DNA of 64,000 bases from an uncultured Gemmatimonadaceae bacterium (GTDB lineage Bacteria > Gemmatimonadota > Gemmatimonadetes > Gemmatimonadales > Gemmatimonadaceae). This document shows, one piece after another, positions 40,534 through 49,816 of the stretch. Under the pieces are notes generated by a model that was given only the letters and a program-made list of their open reading frames with translations, made no database searches and had not been told where the DNA came from. A program made the position numbers and the translations under genes. The stretch is taken from the NCBI GenBank assembly GCA_963716745.1, contig OY970320.1, positions 3,104,001-3,168,000 of the forward strand, read 5' to 3'. Each line of letters starts with the position of its first letter. Position 1 is the stretch's first letter.

Positions 40534-40791
40534 TTACTTCGCGTTCTCCTCTCCCGCCACGATCCCCAGATTCACCTGTTTGATCGCCTGTACCACGAGA
40601 TTCTCCGCATCCGCGCGGTGACCACCCTTGTTGTGCTCGGCCTCCTTCAAGTGCATTTGCGCCTGCTTGAGCGCGTCCAGTGCGGCGTTCATATGCGGCT
40701 GATCCACATTGCGGGTCGCGGCCACGGCGGCCGGAACGAACAGCACGCCAGCGACCAGCACCGCGACGAGAATGCGAAGCGTCTTCTGCAT
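40534..40791 (-). CDS. Small secreted helical protein (QPHM...HNKGGHR type)
   Basis: Signal peptide, His-containing helical hairpin, GGAG RBS. Confidence 0.65.
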   Translation of the reverse strand: MQKTLRILVAVLVAGVLFVPAAVAATRNVDQPHMNAALDALKQAQMHLKEAEHNKGGHRADAENLVVQAIKQVNLGIVAGEENAK

Positions 40792-40934
40792 GGTGCGTAT
40801 CTCCGTTGAGGTGACCTGCCTGGCGCCGTCCCGCCCGCACGGCGCCCTCTTACAAACGTTTCGTACGCGCCGTGTGTCAATACGTTGGCGCGGCGCTTCG
40901 CCGCGTCTGTTACACTCATATTCCGGAGGGATCG

Positions 40935-41738
40935 ATGCGCAGATCGATCTTGGTGCTGGCGATGCTCGCGGTGCCCGTCGCCTTGTCGGCCCAGGCGCCC
41001 GCGCGCGCGGAGATCCTCGTCATCGGCACGTACCACATGGCCAATCCGGGGCACGACATCCACAACATGCAGGCCGACGACATGCTGTCGTCCAAACGCC
41101 AGCAGGAGATCGCGCAGTTGCTCAATGTCTTGAAGCAGTTCCATCCCACGAAGATCGCGATCGAGGCCAATGTGGGGAGCAAGAGAGTCGCGCAGCAGTA
41201 CGCGGACTATCTCGCCGGCAAATACGCGCTCACCGCGAACGAGATCGACCAGGTGGGCTATCGTCTCGCGAAAGAACTCGGCCACAAGGAAGTGTACGCC
41301 GTGGACGTCGACGGCGATTTTCCCTGGCAGCGCGTCGTGAACTACGCGAAGGCCAACGGCCGCACCGCCGAGCTCGACTCGATCAATGCGGGGTGGGGCG
41401 CGCTCGTCACGGAGGACGGCGAGTATCTGCGCACGCACACCGTGCTCGAGATGTTCCGCTTCCTCAACGCCGATGCGCGCGTGACGCGCGACATGGCCCT
41501 CTATTTCGCGGTCGACAAGTTGGGCGAGCCGTGGGAGTACGCGGGATCCGACCTCATCGCGTCGTGGTACCAGCGGAACATCCGCATCTACCACAACATC
41601 GCTGCGCTCGCGGCCGCGCCGGGCGACCGGGTGCTCGTGATCTACGGGGCAGGGCACCTTGGGTGGCTGCGGCAGGACGCGGCGAACGACACGACTGTGC
41701 GGCTACGAAAACTTTCGGAGTTCGGACAGACGCCCTGA
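40935..41738 (+). CDS. DUF5694-like (TraB/GumN-fold) secreted protein
   Basis: IGTYH, F.PTKIAIE, NEIDQVGYRLA, WYQRN and IYGAGH motifs. Confidence 0.7.
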   Translation: MRRSILVLAMLAVPVALSAQAPARAEILVIGTYHMANPGHDIHNMQADDMLSSKRQQEIAQLLNVLKQFHPTKIAIEANVGSKRVAQQYADYLAGKYALTANEIDQVGYRLAKELGHKEVYAVDVDGDFPWQRVVNYAKANGRTAELDSINAGWGALVTEDGEYLRTHTVLEMFRFLNADARVTRDMALYFAVDKLGEPWEYAGSDLIASWYQRNIRIYHNIAALAAAPGDRVLVIYGAGHLGWLRQDAANDTTVRLRKLSEFGQTP

Positions 41739-41770
41739 GAGGGCGTTAGCGCGCGAGGCACCTAAGAAAT

Positions 41771-41886
41771 CGGGAACCGGTTACCGGGAACCGGTGTGGC
41801 ACGAAAACGCATTGCATCACGACATCGCGCGATGTCGTGATGCAATGCGTTGTTATGCATCACCGGTTCCCGGTAATCGGTTCCCG
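41771..41886. repeat. 116-bp palindrome family B, copy 2
   Basis: Same length and sequence pattern as 40401-40516, with a compensatory TTACC/GGTAA change. Confidence 0.9.
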
Positions 41887-41905
41887 GCCGCCTGCGGTAC
41901 CGCAG

Positions 41906-42844
41906 TTACGGCGCCAGTACCGCCACCGTCATCGTCGCCGTCGCGCGGTCGGTGCCCGTGTAATAGAACAGGTACACCTTGTGCGTCTTCTCATCCACCG
42001 CGCACGTGCGCGCGCCTCCGCCCGTCTTCACGGTCTCCGTGATCGTGTACGTGTCCGGCGAATCCATGTGGATCACGTTCATTGTGCTGTCCACGCGATT
42101 CGGATTGAACACCAGCTTCGTGCTCGCGTCGTAGCAATTCTGGTCGGCGCGGCTCGCCACGCGAATGCGCGTCACCACGTTGCCGTTGTCGGCGTTCACC
42201 ACCACCATGTTCGTGTCGCACGCCATGAACAGGCGGCGCGCGCTCGTGTCCATCGCGAGTCCCTGCGCGCGGCCGCAGCCCGGCACCGGCGTGTACACGG
42301 TGTCGATCGTGAGCGCCTTCGTGTCGAAGCGCTCGATCGCCCCCGCGTTCTCCACGTTCGCGAACATCTTGCCGCGCCCGTCCACCACGCCGGTCTCGAG
42401 GCCGTCGCCGATCATCATCTTCTTCTCGAGCTTGCCGGTGGTCATGTTCACCACCCAGCCGTTCTTGTCCTCCCACACGAACGCGCGGTGCGTGAACATG
42501 TCGTAGCGAATGCCGTCGCCCTTCACGTCTTCCTGGCCGGTGACCGCGAGCGTCTTGAGGTCGAACACGACACCGTTCCGCACGAGGCCTCGGTGCAGGT
42601 CGGGCGCGATCGCGTATCCGCCGCCGCCGCCCTTCACGTGACCCACCACCTCATCCTTGTCGACATCGATCACGGCGTCGGCCATGCCATAAAGGCGTCG
42701 CCCGCTCTGGTCGATGATGATGTAGTCCGAACGGACGACCCCCATCGGCATCGTCTTGATCACATGATAGTGCGTGGTCTGCACCGCGCCGGTGAATGTG
42801 GCGACGGTCAACACAGCGGTGGCAGCGATACTGGAACGGCGCAT
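41906..42844 (-). CDS. YncE-like secreted beta-propeller protein
   Basis: Signal peptide, repeated blades (GLAMD...RLFMAC, GARTCAVD..THKVYL). Confidence 0.75.
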   Translation of the reverse strand: MRRSSIAATAVLTVATFTGAVQTTHYHVIKTMPMGVVRSDYIIIDQSGRRLYGMADAVIDVDKDEVVGHVKGGGGGYAIAPDLHRGLVRNGVVFDLKTLAVTGQEDVKGDGIRYDMFTHRAFVWEDKNGWVVNMTTGKLEKKMMIGDGLETGVVDGRGKMFANVENAGAIERFDTKALTIDTVYTPVPGCGRAQGLAMDTSARRLFMACDTNMVVVNADNGNVVTRIRVASRADQNCYDASTKLVFNPNRVDSTMNVIHMDSPDTYTITETVKTGGGARTCAVDEKTHKVYLFYYTGTDRATATMTVAVLAP

Positions 42845-42906
42845 AAGTGCTCCTGGAGGAATGCCCTGCAACGTACGAGATTGCCGGAGGCAACTCCACA
42901 CACGCG

Positions 42907-45348
42907 ATGATTACAATTCTGCAAGACACGCGCTACGCCGCTCGCACGCTGCTCAAATCGCGGGGCTTCGCCGCCACGGCGATCCTGACGCTCGCGCTCG
43001 GCATCGGCGCGAACACCGCGCTCTTTTCCGTGGTGAATGGCGTGCTGCTCGATCCGCTCGCGTATCCCGACGCGGGGCAGCTCGCCGCGATCTACGGTGA
43101 TTCGCCCGGCTTCGCCAAGGCGCCCATCAACTATCTGAATTTCCTCGACTGGCAACGCGTGTCGCACGCGTTCTCGTCCATGGCGATGTACCGCAATCAG
43201 GACTACAACTTCACCGGCTCCGAGCAGGCCGAGCGGCTGAGCGGCTTCATGGTGTCCGCCGATTTCTTCCGCACGCTGGGCCAGGCGCCGGTGCTCGGGC
43301 GCGACTTCAACGCCGCCGACGATGTGCTCGGCGCGGCGCCGGTCGCGGTCCTGGGCGGCGGGTTCTGGCAGCGCCGGTTCGGTGGTTCGCCATCGGTGCT
43401 GGGAACGGTGATCACGCTCAACGGCACGCCGTACACGGTGGTCGGCGTGATGCCACCGGCTTTCACGTTCTACGGACCGCAGCGCGAGGTGTACACGCCC
43501 ATCGGTCAATGGGCCGACAAGAATTTCCGTGACCGGCGGGTGGATGTCAGCTCGCACGGCGTGGGGCGACTGAGAACGGGGGTGACGGTCGCGGCCGCGC
43601 GCGCCGAGATGGACGCGATCGCGCGCGATCTTGCTGCGCAGTACCCGGACGCGAACAAGAATGTTGGCATCACGATCCTTCCGATGAAGGAGGACATCGT
43701 GGGCAACGTGCAGCCCTTCCTGATCGTACTGCTCGGCGCCGTGGGGTTCCTGTTGCTCATCGCCTGCGCGAACGTCGCGAACCTTCTGCTCGCGCGTTCT
43801 CTCGCGCGGTCGCACGAGTTCGCTGTGCGCGCCGCGCTCGGTGCGAGCGCGCGCCGCGTGATCCAGCAGCTGCTCACCGAGAGCGTCCTGCTCGCGATGA
43901 GCGGCGGCGCGCTGGGGATGCTGCTTGCCTGGTGGGGCACGCGCGCGATCCTCACGCTGTTGCCCGCGTCGCTGCCGCGCTCCTCGGATGTCGCGCTCGA
44001 TGCGCGTGTCCTGCTGTTCACGCTCGGCGTGTCGCTGCTGGCCGGCGTGTTGTTCGGTCTCGTGCCGGCGATCAAGGCGTCACGATCGGATCTCAACGAG
44101 GTGCTCAAGGAATCGGGGCGGGGCGGGAGCGGCGCGCGCCACCGGCTGCAGCGCGTGTTCGTGGCGGCGGAGGTCGGGCTCGCCCTGGTGCTGCTCGTTG
44201 GCGCCGGACTCATGCTGCGCAGCTTGCAGGCGCTCTGGCGCGTGGACCCCGGTTTCGAGCCGGCGCACGCGATCACATTCTCGCTCTCGCTTCCGGCCAC
44301 GCCGAACACGACGAGTGCCGAGACACGCGCGCGACTGCGCAGGTTCGACGCGGCCATGCGCGACGTGCCGGGCGTTGATGCCGTGAGCGTCACCCTCGGC
44401 TCGCGACCGATGATCCACGACACCTCGCTGCCATTCTGGATCGAGGGCACGCCCACACCGGCCACGCAGCACGACATGCCGCAGGCGATGTTCTATCTCG
44501 TGGAGAGCGGTTTCCAGCAGGCGATGGGCGTGCATCTCGTGCGCGGACGGTTCGTGGCGCCGCAGGACGACGAACATTCCCCGCTGGTCGTGGACATCGA
44601 CACCGAGTTCGCACAACGATATTTCCCGAACGCCGATCCGATCGGGCAGCGCATCAATATCGGCGGCTTCGAAGTGCAGGCGCAGATCGTGGGCGTGGTG
44701 GGCCACATCAGACAATGGCGCCTGGATGGCGATCCGTCGTCGGCGGTGGAGGCACAGGTCTACTATCCGTTCATGCAACTCCCCGAGAAGATCATGCCGC
44801 TCGCGGCCAACGCGGTGGCGGTGGTGTTGCGTACGCGCGGCGATCCGGCGGCGGCGATGAACGCCGTGCGGAAAGCCGTGCATGCTGTGGAACCGGGCGG
44901 CGTGGTGTACGCCGCGCAAACGATGAACGACGTGATCGCGACCTCGTTCGCGGCGCGTCGCCTGTCGATGATCCTGCTCAGCGTGTTCGCGGCGCTCGCA
45001 CTCATGCTCGCATGCGTGGGGATCTACGGCGTGATCTCGTATCTCGTGGGCCAGCGAACGCGCGAGATTGGCGTACGGATCGCACTTGGCGCGCAGCGAC
45101 GGGAGGTCATGCGGCTCGTGCTCGGCGAGGGCGTTCGCATGGCGTTGGCCGGAGCGGCGATCGGCACTCTTGCGGCGCTGGCGCTGGCGCGGCTCATCGC
45201 CGCGCAACTGTTCGGAGTTTCCGCGCACGATCCGGTGACCTTTGTGGGCGTCGGCGTGCTGCTCGTGGTCGTCGCGATCGGGGCGTGCTACGTTCCGGCG
45301 CGGCGCGCCATGAGTGTGGATCCGGTGGAGGCGCTACGCCACGAGTAA
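42907..45348 (+). CDS. Duplicated ABC transporter permease (ADOP family)
   Basis: QDTRYAARTL, LGIGANTALFS, LLIACANVANL, REIGVRIALGA and VDPVEALR motifs. Confidence 0.92.
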   Translation: MITILQDTRYAARTLLKSRGFAATAILTLALGIGANTALFSVVNGVLLDPLAYPDAGQLAAIYGDSPGFAKAPINYLNFLDWQRVSHAFSSMAMYRNQDYNFTGSEQAERLSGFMVSADFFRTLGQAPVLGRDFNAADDVLGAAPVAVLGGGFWQRRFGGSPSVLGTVITLNGTPYTVVGVMPPAFTFYGPQREVYTPIGQWADKNFRDRRVDVSSHGVGRLRTGVTVAAARAEMDAIARDLAAQYPDANKNVGITILPMKEDIVGNVQPFLIVLLGAVGFLLLIACANVANLLLARSLARSHEFAVRAALGASARRVIQQLLTESVLLAMSGGALGMLLAWWGTRAILTLLPASLPRSSDVALDARVLLFTLGVSLLAGVLFGLVPAIKASRSDLNEVLKESGRGGSGARHRLQRVFVAAEVGLALVLLVGAGLMLRSLQALWRVDPGFEPAHAITFSLSLPATPNTTSAETRARLRRFDAAMRDVPGVDAVSVTLGSRPMIHDTSLPFWIEGTPTPATQHDMPQAMFYLVESGFQQAMGVHLVRGRFVAPQDDEHSPLVVDIDTEFAQRYFPNADPIGQRINIGGFEVQAQIVGVVGHIRQWRLDGDPSSAVEAQVYYPFMQLPEKIMPLAANAVAVVLRTRGDPAAAMNAVRKAVHAVEPGGVVYAAQTMNDVIATSFAARRLSMILLSVFAALALMLACVGIYGVISYLVGQRTREIGVRIALGAQRREVMRLVLGEGVRMALAGAAIGTLAALALARLIAAQLFGVSAHDPVTFVGVGVLLVVVAIGACYVPARRAMSVDPVEALRHE

Positions 45349-45468
45349 CATTTTCGTCGTGCAAGCTGCCAAAGCCGTTGCAGGGTGCGGGCGGAATGCG
45401 GCATCGGGCAAGATGACGGCATTGGTTAAGTGCATGAGTACCAAGCAGTTGACGGGTGATACATCACG

Positions 45469-45484
45469 TGGCCGCAAACGTGCA
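45469..45484 (+). promoter_or_regulatory. Candidate sigma54 (-24/-12) promoter of the pilin gene
   Basis: TGGCCGCAAACGTGCA: GG and GC separated by exactly 10 bp. Confidence 0.55.
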
Positions 45485-45562
45485 TTATTTCAGCACACCA
45501 TCGTCCGCGGCGGCCCGCTCCGGACGATTGGCGCGTTCAATACTCTCAACGGATCTCGCGCC

Positions 45563-45940
45563 ATGATGCCAGCCAGTAGGAGAGGTTTTTCGCTCATCGA
45601 GCTGATGATCGTCATCGTGATCATCGGCATCCTGGTGGCGATCGCGGCTCCGAAGTTCGCGAACACGAAGGAGAAGGCGCTCGAGGCGGCACTCAAGTCG
45701 GACTTGCGCAATCTGACGATCGCGGAGGAGGCGTACTTCGGCGACAATCAGACGTACACGAATGACCAGAACTCGATGCACTTCACGCCGTCCGAAGCGG
45801 TGGTGGTCAGCATCACCGATTTCAAGACCACCGGTTGGGCGGCGAACACCTCACATCCCGCGACGGCGTTCACGTGCGAGATCGGATTCGGATCCGACTC
45901 GATCGCAGGGGTAGGCGACGGGGTGATCAAGTGCCAATGA
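45563..45940 (+). CDS. Type IV pilin
   Basis: RRG/FSLIELMIVIVIIGILVAIAAP prepilin cleavage motif; C-terminal Cys pair. Confidence 0.92.
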   Translation: MMPASRRGFSLIELMIVIVIIGILVAIAAPKFANTKEKALEAALKSDLRNLTIAEEAYFGDNQTYTNDQNSMHFTPSEAVVVSITDFKTTGWAANTSHPATAFTCEIGFGSDSIAGVGDGVIKCQ

Positions 45941-45953
45941 CCTGAACGGCAAA

Positions 45954-46008
45954 GGCAGGCTGTCGGCTGTCGGCTGTAGCAGGCAACAGCCAACAGCCGA
46001 CAGTCCGC
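45954..46008. terminator. Hairpin built from heptamer repeats after the pilin gene
   Basis: (GGCTGTC)n arm pairing with ACAGCCAACAGCCGACAG. Confidence 0.5.
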
Positions 46009-46024
46009 CGTTAGGCCTTTTGGA

Positions 46025-46053
46025 TTGCACTTGGAACCAACTCGTGCTACACT
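46025..46053 (+). promoter_or_regulatory. Candidate sigma70 promoter
   Basis: TTGCAC-17 bp-TACACT with a TG extended -10. Confidence 0.6.
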
Positions 46054-46074
46054 AGATATCAGTAAGTAGAAACA

Positions 46075-46157
46075 CCTCGACGTCCGGGCCAACGGCCTGA
46101 AAGTCGGAGGCGCGACAGGGATCTGCAGTCATGATCCCGCGCGCCTTTTTTGTTTTT
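46075..46157 (+). promoter_or_regulatory. Candidate structured leader/attenuator with an intrinsic terminator
   Basis: CCTCGAC/GTCGGAGG stem enclosing a GGCC-AAC-GGCC hairpin, overlapping a GGCGCG..GGGATC/GATCCC..CGCGCC terminator followed by TTTTTTGTTTTT. Confidence 0.6.
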
Positions 46158-46183
46158 CGGGATCCCCCGCCTGGGAGGCGACC

Positions 46184-46612
46184 ATGCAAACGAATTCGAT
46201 CGCGACCGCCACGACGTCCATTCGTGCCACGCCGCGTGAGGTCTGGAAGGCGCTCATCTCGCCCGCCGCGCTCAAGGAGTACATGTTCGGCGCCGAAGTG
46301 AGATCCGATTGGGACGAGGGCAGCGTCATCACGTGGAAGGGTGAGATGAACGGAAAGCGCTACGAGGACCGGGGCGTCGTGCTCCAGTCGGTGCCGGGCA
46401 AGACGCTCCAGTACGTGCATTTCGGCCCCGCCTCCGGCGAGATGCAAAAGATCGCGAATTTCCACACGGTCACGATCACGCTCGCGGACCAAGGCGATCT
46501 GACCGCGGTCTCGCTCTCGCAGAACAACAATTCGAGCGAGGCGATGCGGAAGGAATCGGAGAGGAACTGGGCGACAATGCTGCGGGGGCTGAAGCAGTAC
46601 CTGGAGCACTAG
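46184..46612 (+). CDS. SRPBCC (AHSA1-like) domain protein
   Basis: IRATPREVWKAL...YMFG...SDW..GS and NW..ML.GLK patterns. Confidence 0.85.
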   Translation: MQTNSIATATTSIRATPREVWKALISPAALKEYMFGAEVRSDWDEGSVITWKGEMNGKRYEDRGVVLQSVPGKTLQYVHFGPASGEMQKIANFHTVTITLADQGDLTAVSLSQNNNSSEAMRKESERNWATMLRGLKQYLEH

Positions 46613-48132
46613 CGCCCGGCGATCGATCGCTCGAATTCGAGTTCCGCCCGCAGTAACTCGAGATCACGCTGGATCGTGACGACGGCCAGTCGCTTGCCGC
46701 CGTCGCGATAGGTGATGGTGCAATCGCGCTTGCCCAGGTCGCCCGTGATCTCCACGCGGTCGAATTTCTCGGCGTGGCCGATGTACGACAGCTGGAAGTC
46801 GTAGTGCTCGCTCCAGAAGAACGGCACCGCGGTGTAGCGCTCGCGCATCCCGAGCATGTTGCGCGCCGCAGTCTGCCCCTGACGCTCGGCCACCACGAAG
46901 TGCTCCACACGAATGCGCTCGCCGGTGTACGGGTCGGGCCAGCGCGCGATGTCGCCGGCGGCGAACACGCCGGGAGCGCTCGTCTCGAGATATTCGTTCA
47001 CGCTCACACCCTTGTCCACGGCAATGCCGGCCTGCTCCGCGAGCGCGATCTGTGGCCGCACGCCCACGCCGATCACGACGAGATCGGCCGCGAGCCGCTC
47101 GCCATTCTTGAGTGTGACGCCCGTCTCGTCGAATGAGACGGCGGTGTTCTCGAGATGGAATACGACGCCGTGCTCTTCGTGCAGCCGCCGGATGAACGTC
47201 CCGACCTCGGGGCCGAGGATCCGCTCCATGGGGATCGCCTCGGGCGCGACCACGTGAACGGGCACGTTGCGCGTGCGCAGCGAGGCCGCGACCTCGAGTC
47301 CGATGAAGCTCGCGCCGATCACCACGGCGCTCTTGGACTTCTTCGCCTTCGCCACGAGCGCGCGACTGTCGGCGTAGGTGCGCAGGTAGTGTACGTGCGG
47401 GAGATCGGCGCCGGGGATCGGGAGTCGCACGGGATCGGCGCCGGTGGCGAGCAGCAAGCGGTCGTACGCGAGTGAGGCGCCGCTCTCGAGGCGCACTTCG
47501 CGCTTCGCCGTATCGATCGAGGCGACGCGCGTCTTCAGCTTGAGAGCGATCTTCTTCGACTTGTAGAACGCGCGCGAACGCAGCGGCACATAACTCGCGG
47601 GCCCAGTGCCCGCGAGGAAGCTCTTCGAGAGATTGGGACGATCCACCGGAACGTCGGCATCCGCGCTGAGCATCGTGATGCGGCCGCTGTATCCCTCACG
47701 CCGCAGCATTTCGGCGGCGGCATTTCCCGCCGGGCCGCCGCCGATGATCACGATCCGCTTGGGCGAATTGCTCGCCGCCGGGAATTTCTTCGCAGCCGGT
47801 CTGATCTTCGTGCCGACATACACTTTCCCGTTGCGCTGCTCCACGTGCCAGCACGCCACCGGCTTGAGCGCCGGCGCGCGGAGCGCTTCACCGGTGCGGA
47901 GACTGAAGCACGCATGATGCCACGGGCAGCGGATCGTGTCGCCGACCATCAGCCCTTCGGCGAGCGGCCCGCCGTAATGGGTGCAGTGTGCTCCCACGGC
48001 GAATACTTCATCGCCCTGTCGCGCAAGCAACACGGGCTCGCCCTTCGCATGCCCCAGAAGTGTGCCGCCATCCGCGATCTTCTCGAGTGCGACACCTCTC
48101 GTGAGATCGGGCGGCTTGATCGCTTTGCTCAT
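46609..48132 (-). CDS. Rieske [2Fe-2S] plus FAD-dependent oxidoreductase (AIF/ferredoxin reductase-like)
   Basis: CTHYG, CPWHHA, GGGPAG, GASFIGLE, FAAGD and VPFFWS motifs. Confidence 0.9.
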   Translation of the reverse strand: MSKAIKPPDLTRGVALEKIADGGTLLGHAKGEPVLLARQGDEVFAVGAHCTHYGGPLAEGLMVGDTIRCPWHHACFSLRTGEALRAPALKPVACWHVEQRNGKVYVGTKIRPAAKKFPAASNSPKRIVIIGGGPAGNAAAEMLRREGYSGRITMLSADADVPVDRPNLSKSFLAGTGPASYVPLRSRAFYKSKKIALKLKTRVASIDTAKREVRLESGASLAYDRLLLATGADPVRLPIPGADLPHVHYLRTYADSRALVAKAKKSKSAVVIGASFIGLEVAASLRTRNVPVHVVAPEAIPMERILGPEVGTFIRRLHEEHGVVFHLENTAVSFDETGVTLKNGERLAADLVVIGVGVRPQIALAEQAGIAVDKGVSVNEYLETSAPGVFAAGDIARWPDPYTGERIRVEHFVVAERQGQTAARNMLGMRERYTAVPFFWSEHYDFQLSYIGHAEKFDRVEITGDLGKRDCTITYRDGGKRLAVVTIQRDLELLRAELEFERSIAGR

Positions 48133-48204
48133 GCCTAAAGAATCCGAGGAGCGGCGGCGGCGTCAAGAGCGCGATAGCTTTCCCGGCAACCAGGAGGCTC
48201 TGCG

Positions 48205-48477
48205 ATGGCGAAGTTCCTGCTGATCTACACGAATGGCGATCTCTCGAAGGCGCCCGCGAATTTCCCCGCGCACCGGGAACTCTGGCACAAGTTCGCGGGG
48301 CAGGGCACGCTGCTCATGGTCGGTCCCGTGCTCGGCTCGCCGCACGTTGGCGCGCTTGCCGTGTTCACCACGAAGGAAGCCGCCAACGACTTCGCCCGCG
48401 ACGACCCGTTCGTCACGAACGGCGTCGTCGCGAGCTGGTCCGTCGTCGAGTGGAAGGAAGCGCTCGTGCCGGGGTGA
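48205..48477 (+). CDS. YciI-family protein
   Basis: AH...LLMVGP...DDPFV.NG pattern. Confidence 0.8.
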   Translation: MAKFLLIYTNGDLSKAPANFPAHRELWHKFAGQGTLLMVGPVLGSPHVGALAVFTTKEAANDFARDDPFVTNGVVASWSVVEWKEALVPG

Positions 48478-48486
48478 TCCGCCCGG

Positions 48487-48885
48487 CTACTTCTTCCACT
48501 GATCGAGCTTCACGAGCTGCACGATGTTCCCGCACCCATCCTTCAGCATCGCGATCGTCGAGCCGGTGACCTTAGTGGGCGGCATGGTGAACTCCGCGCC
48601 GAGCGGCTTCATGCGGTCGTGCTCCTTCTGGACGTCGTCCACGTAGAAGAGCGCGGCCGGTTTGTTCTTTTCGAACATCGCTTGCTGGTAGGTTTTCGCA
48701 GCGGGATCGTCATTCAGCGCCAACTGCAACTCGGTGCCATCCGGTTCTTCGGCTGATGCGACGGTGAGCCAGCGGAACGGGCCCTGCGAGAAATCGGCTT
48801 TCTTCACGAAGCCCAGCACGTTCGTATAGAAGCGCAGGGCTCCCTCCTGATCGTTCACGTAGATGCTGGTGATCTTGATCTTCAT
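48487..48885 (-). CDS. VOC/glyoxalase family protein
   Basis: SIYVNDQ..ALRFYTNVLGF, RWLTV and DGCGNIVQL motifs. Confidence 0.88.
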   Translation of the reverse strand: MKIKITSIYVNDQEGALRFYTNVLGFVKKADFSQGPFRWLTVASAEEPDGTELQLALNDDPAAKTYQQAMFEKNKPAALFYVDDVQKEHDRMKPLGAEFTMPPTKVTGSTIAMLKDGCGNIVQLVKLDQWKK

Positions 48886-48900
48886 CGGCCTATCCTCTCC

Positions 48901-49455
48901 TCAGGTGGTGGTGGGCGGGTCCATCGGTTCGATGCCGAACTGCTTGGAGTACTCGGCGTGCAAGCGCTTCCAGTCGAAGCTCATTGCGTTGCCGCCGACA
49001 ATGCGGCCGATCGTGCGTCCGGCGAGGAACCCGGCGAGCACGTCGAAGCAGATGTGCCAGCCGGCTGCGCCCATGGCGACGTAGCGGCGGCCGATGCTGT
49101 GCCAGAGTGTGAGCCGGGTGCCGGCGCCGAGTGGCGCGAGCTCCCATCGCATGTCGTTCTCGCCCCAGCGATACTCGAGGAATCGCGGCGCTTCGGCGCG
49201 GGTGATGGTGGTGTCGGAGACCTGGACCTTGGGCGTCGCGACGGTTGAGAGCTTCACGGGGCCGGTGGTGCTCATATCGCGGTCGGCGTCGAAGGGCGCC
49301 CACTCACGGAGTTCGGCGGGATCCGTGAGCGCGCGCCAGACTTTCGCGGGCGGCTGACGGAAGTCGCGCACGAGCACGAGCGTCCAGGTGTCACCCTGCT
49401 TCAACACGTTGGCGCCGGACGCGGGGCCGGGTGTGTATTTCTCGCGAGTAGTCAT
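48901..49455 (-). CDS. SRPBCC family protein
   Basis: KVWRALTDPAELREWAPF, LEYRWG and GAAGWHICFD motifs. Confidence 0.85.
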   Translation of the reverse strand: MTTREKYTPGPASGANVLKQGDTWTLVLVRDFRQPPAKVWRALTDPAELREWAPFDADRDMSTTGPVKLSTVATPKVQVSDTTITRAEAPRFLEYRWGENDMRWELAPLGAGTRLTLWHSIGRRYVAMGAAGWHICFDVLAGFLAGRTIGRIVGGNAMSFDWKRLHAEYSKQFGIEPMDPPTTT

Positions 49456-49787
49456 TTGTTCTTCCTCTTCTTGGGAGGCTTCCGGTCCATCCGCTCCAGA
49501 TGGCGCTCGAGCTTGTCGAGGTGCGTGGACCAGAGGCGCCGGAAGGGCGCGAGCCACTCGTGGATCTCGATGAGCGGCTCCGGCCGAATGCGGTAGACGC
49601 GCCGCTGCGCGTCCACGCGGGCTTCGACGAAGCCGGCGTCCCGGAGCACCCGGAGGTGCTTGGAGACCGACGGCTGCGACATCCGGAGCCGGCGCTCGAT
49701 CTCGCTCACGGATCGTTCCGACGTGGCGAGGAGACTCAGGATGGCGCGGCGGTTCGGTTCCGCGATGATGCCGAAGGAGGATTCCAT
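49452..49787 (-). CDS. ArsR/SmtB-family transcriptional regulator
   Basis: AEPNRRAIL, SQPSVSKHLRVL and AQRRVYR motifs. Confidence 0.9.
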   Translation of the reverse strand: MESSFGIIAEPNRRAILSLLATSERSVSEIERRLRMSQPSVSKHLRVLRDAGFVEARVDAQRRVYRIRPEPLIEIHEWLAPFRRLWSTHLDKLERHLERMDRKPPKKRKNK

Positions 49788-49792
49788 GGCCT

Positions 49793-49816
49793 GTATATAC
49801 CTAATGAGGTATATAC
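49793..49816. promoter_or_regulatory. Probable ArsR operator palindrome
   Basis: Perfect inverted repeat GTATATACCT-AATG-AGGTATATAC directly upstream of the ArsR start, next to a minus-strand TTGACA (49818-49823). Confidence 0.7.
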
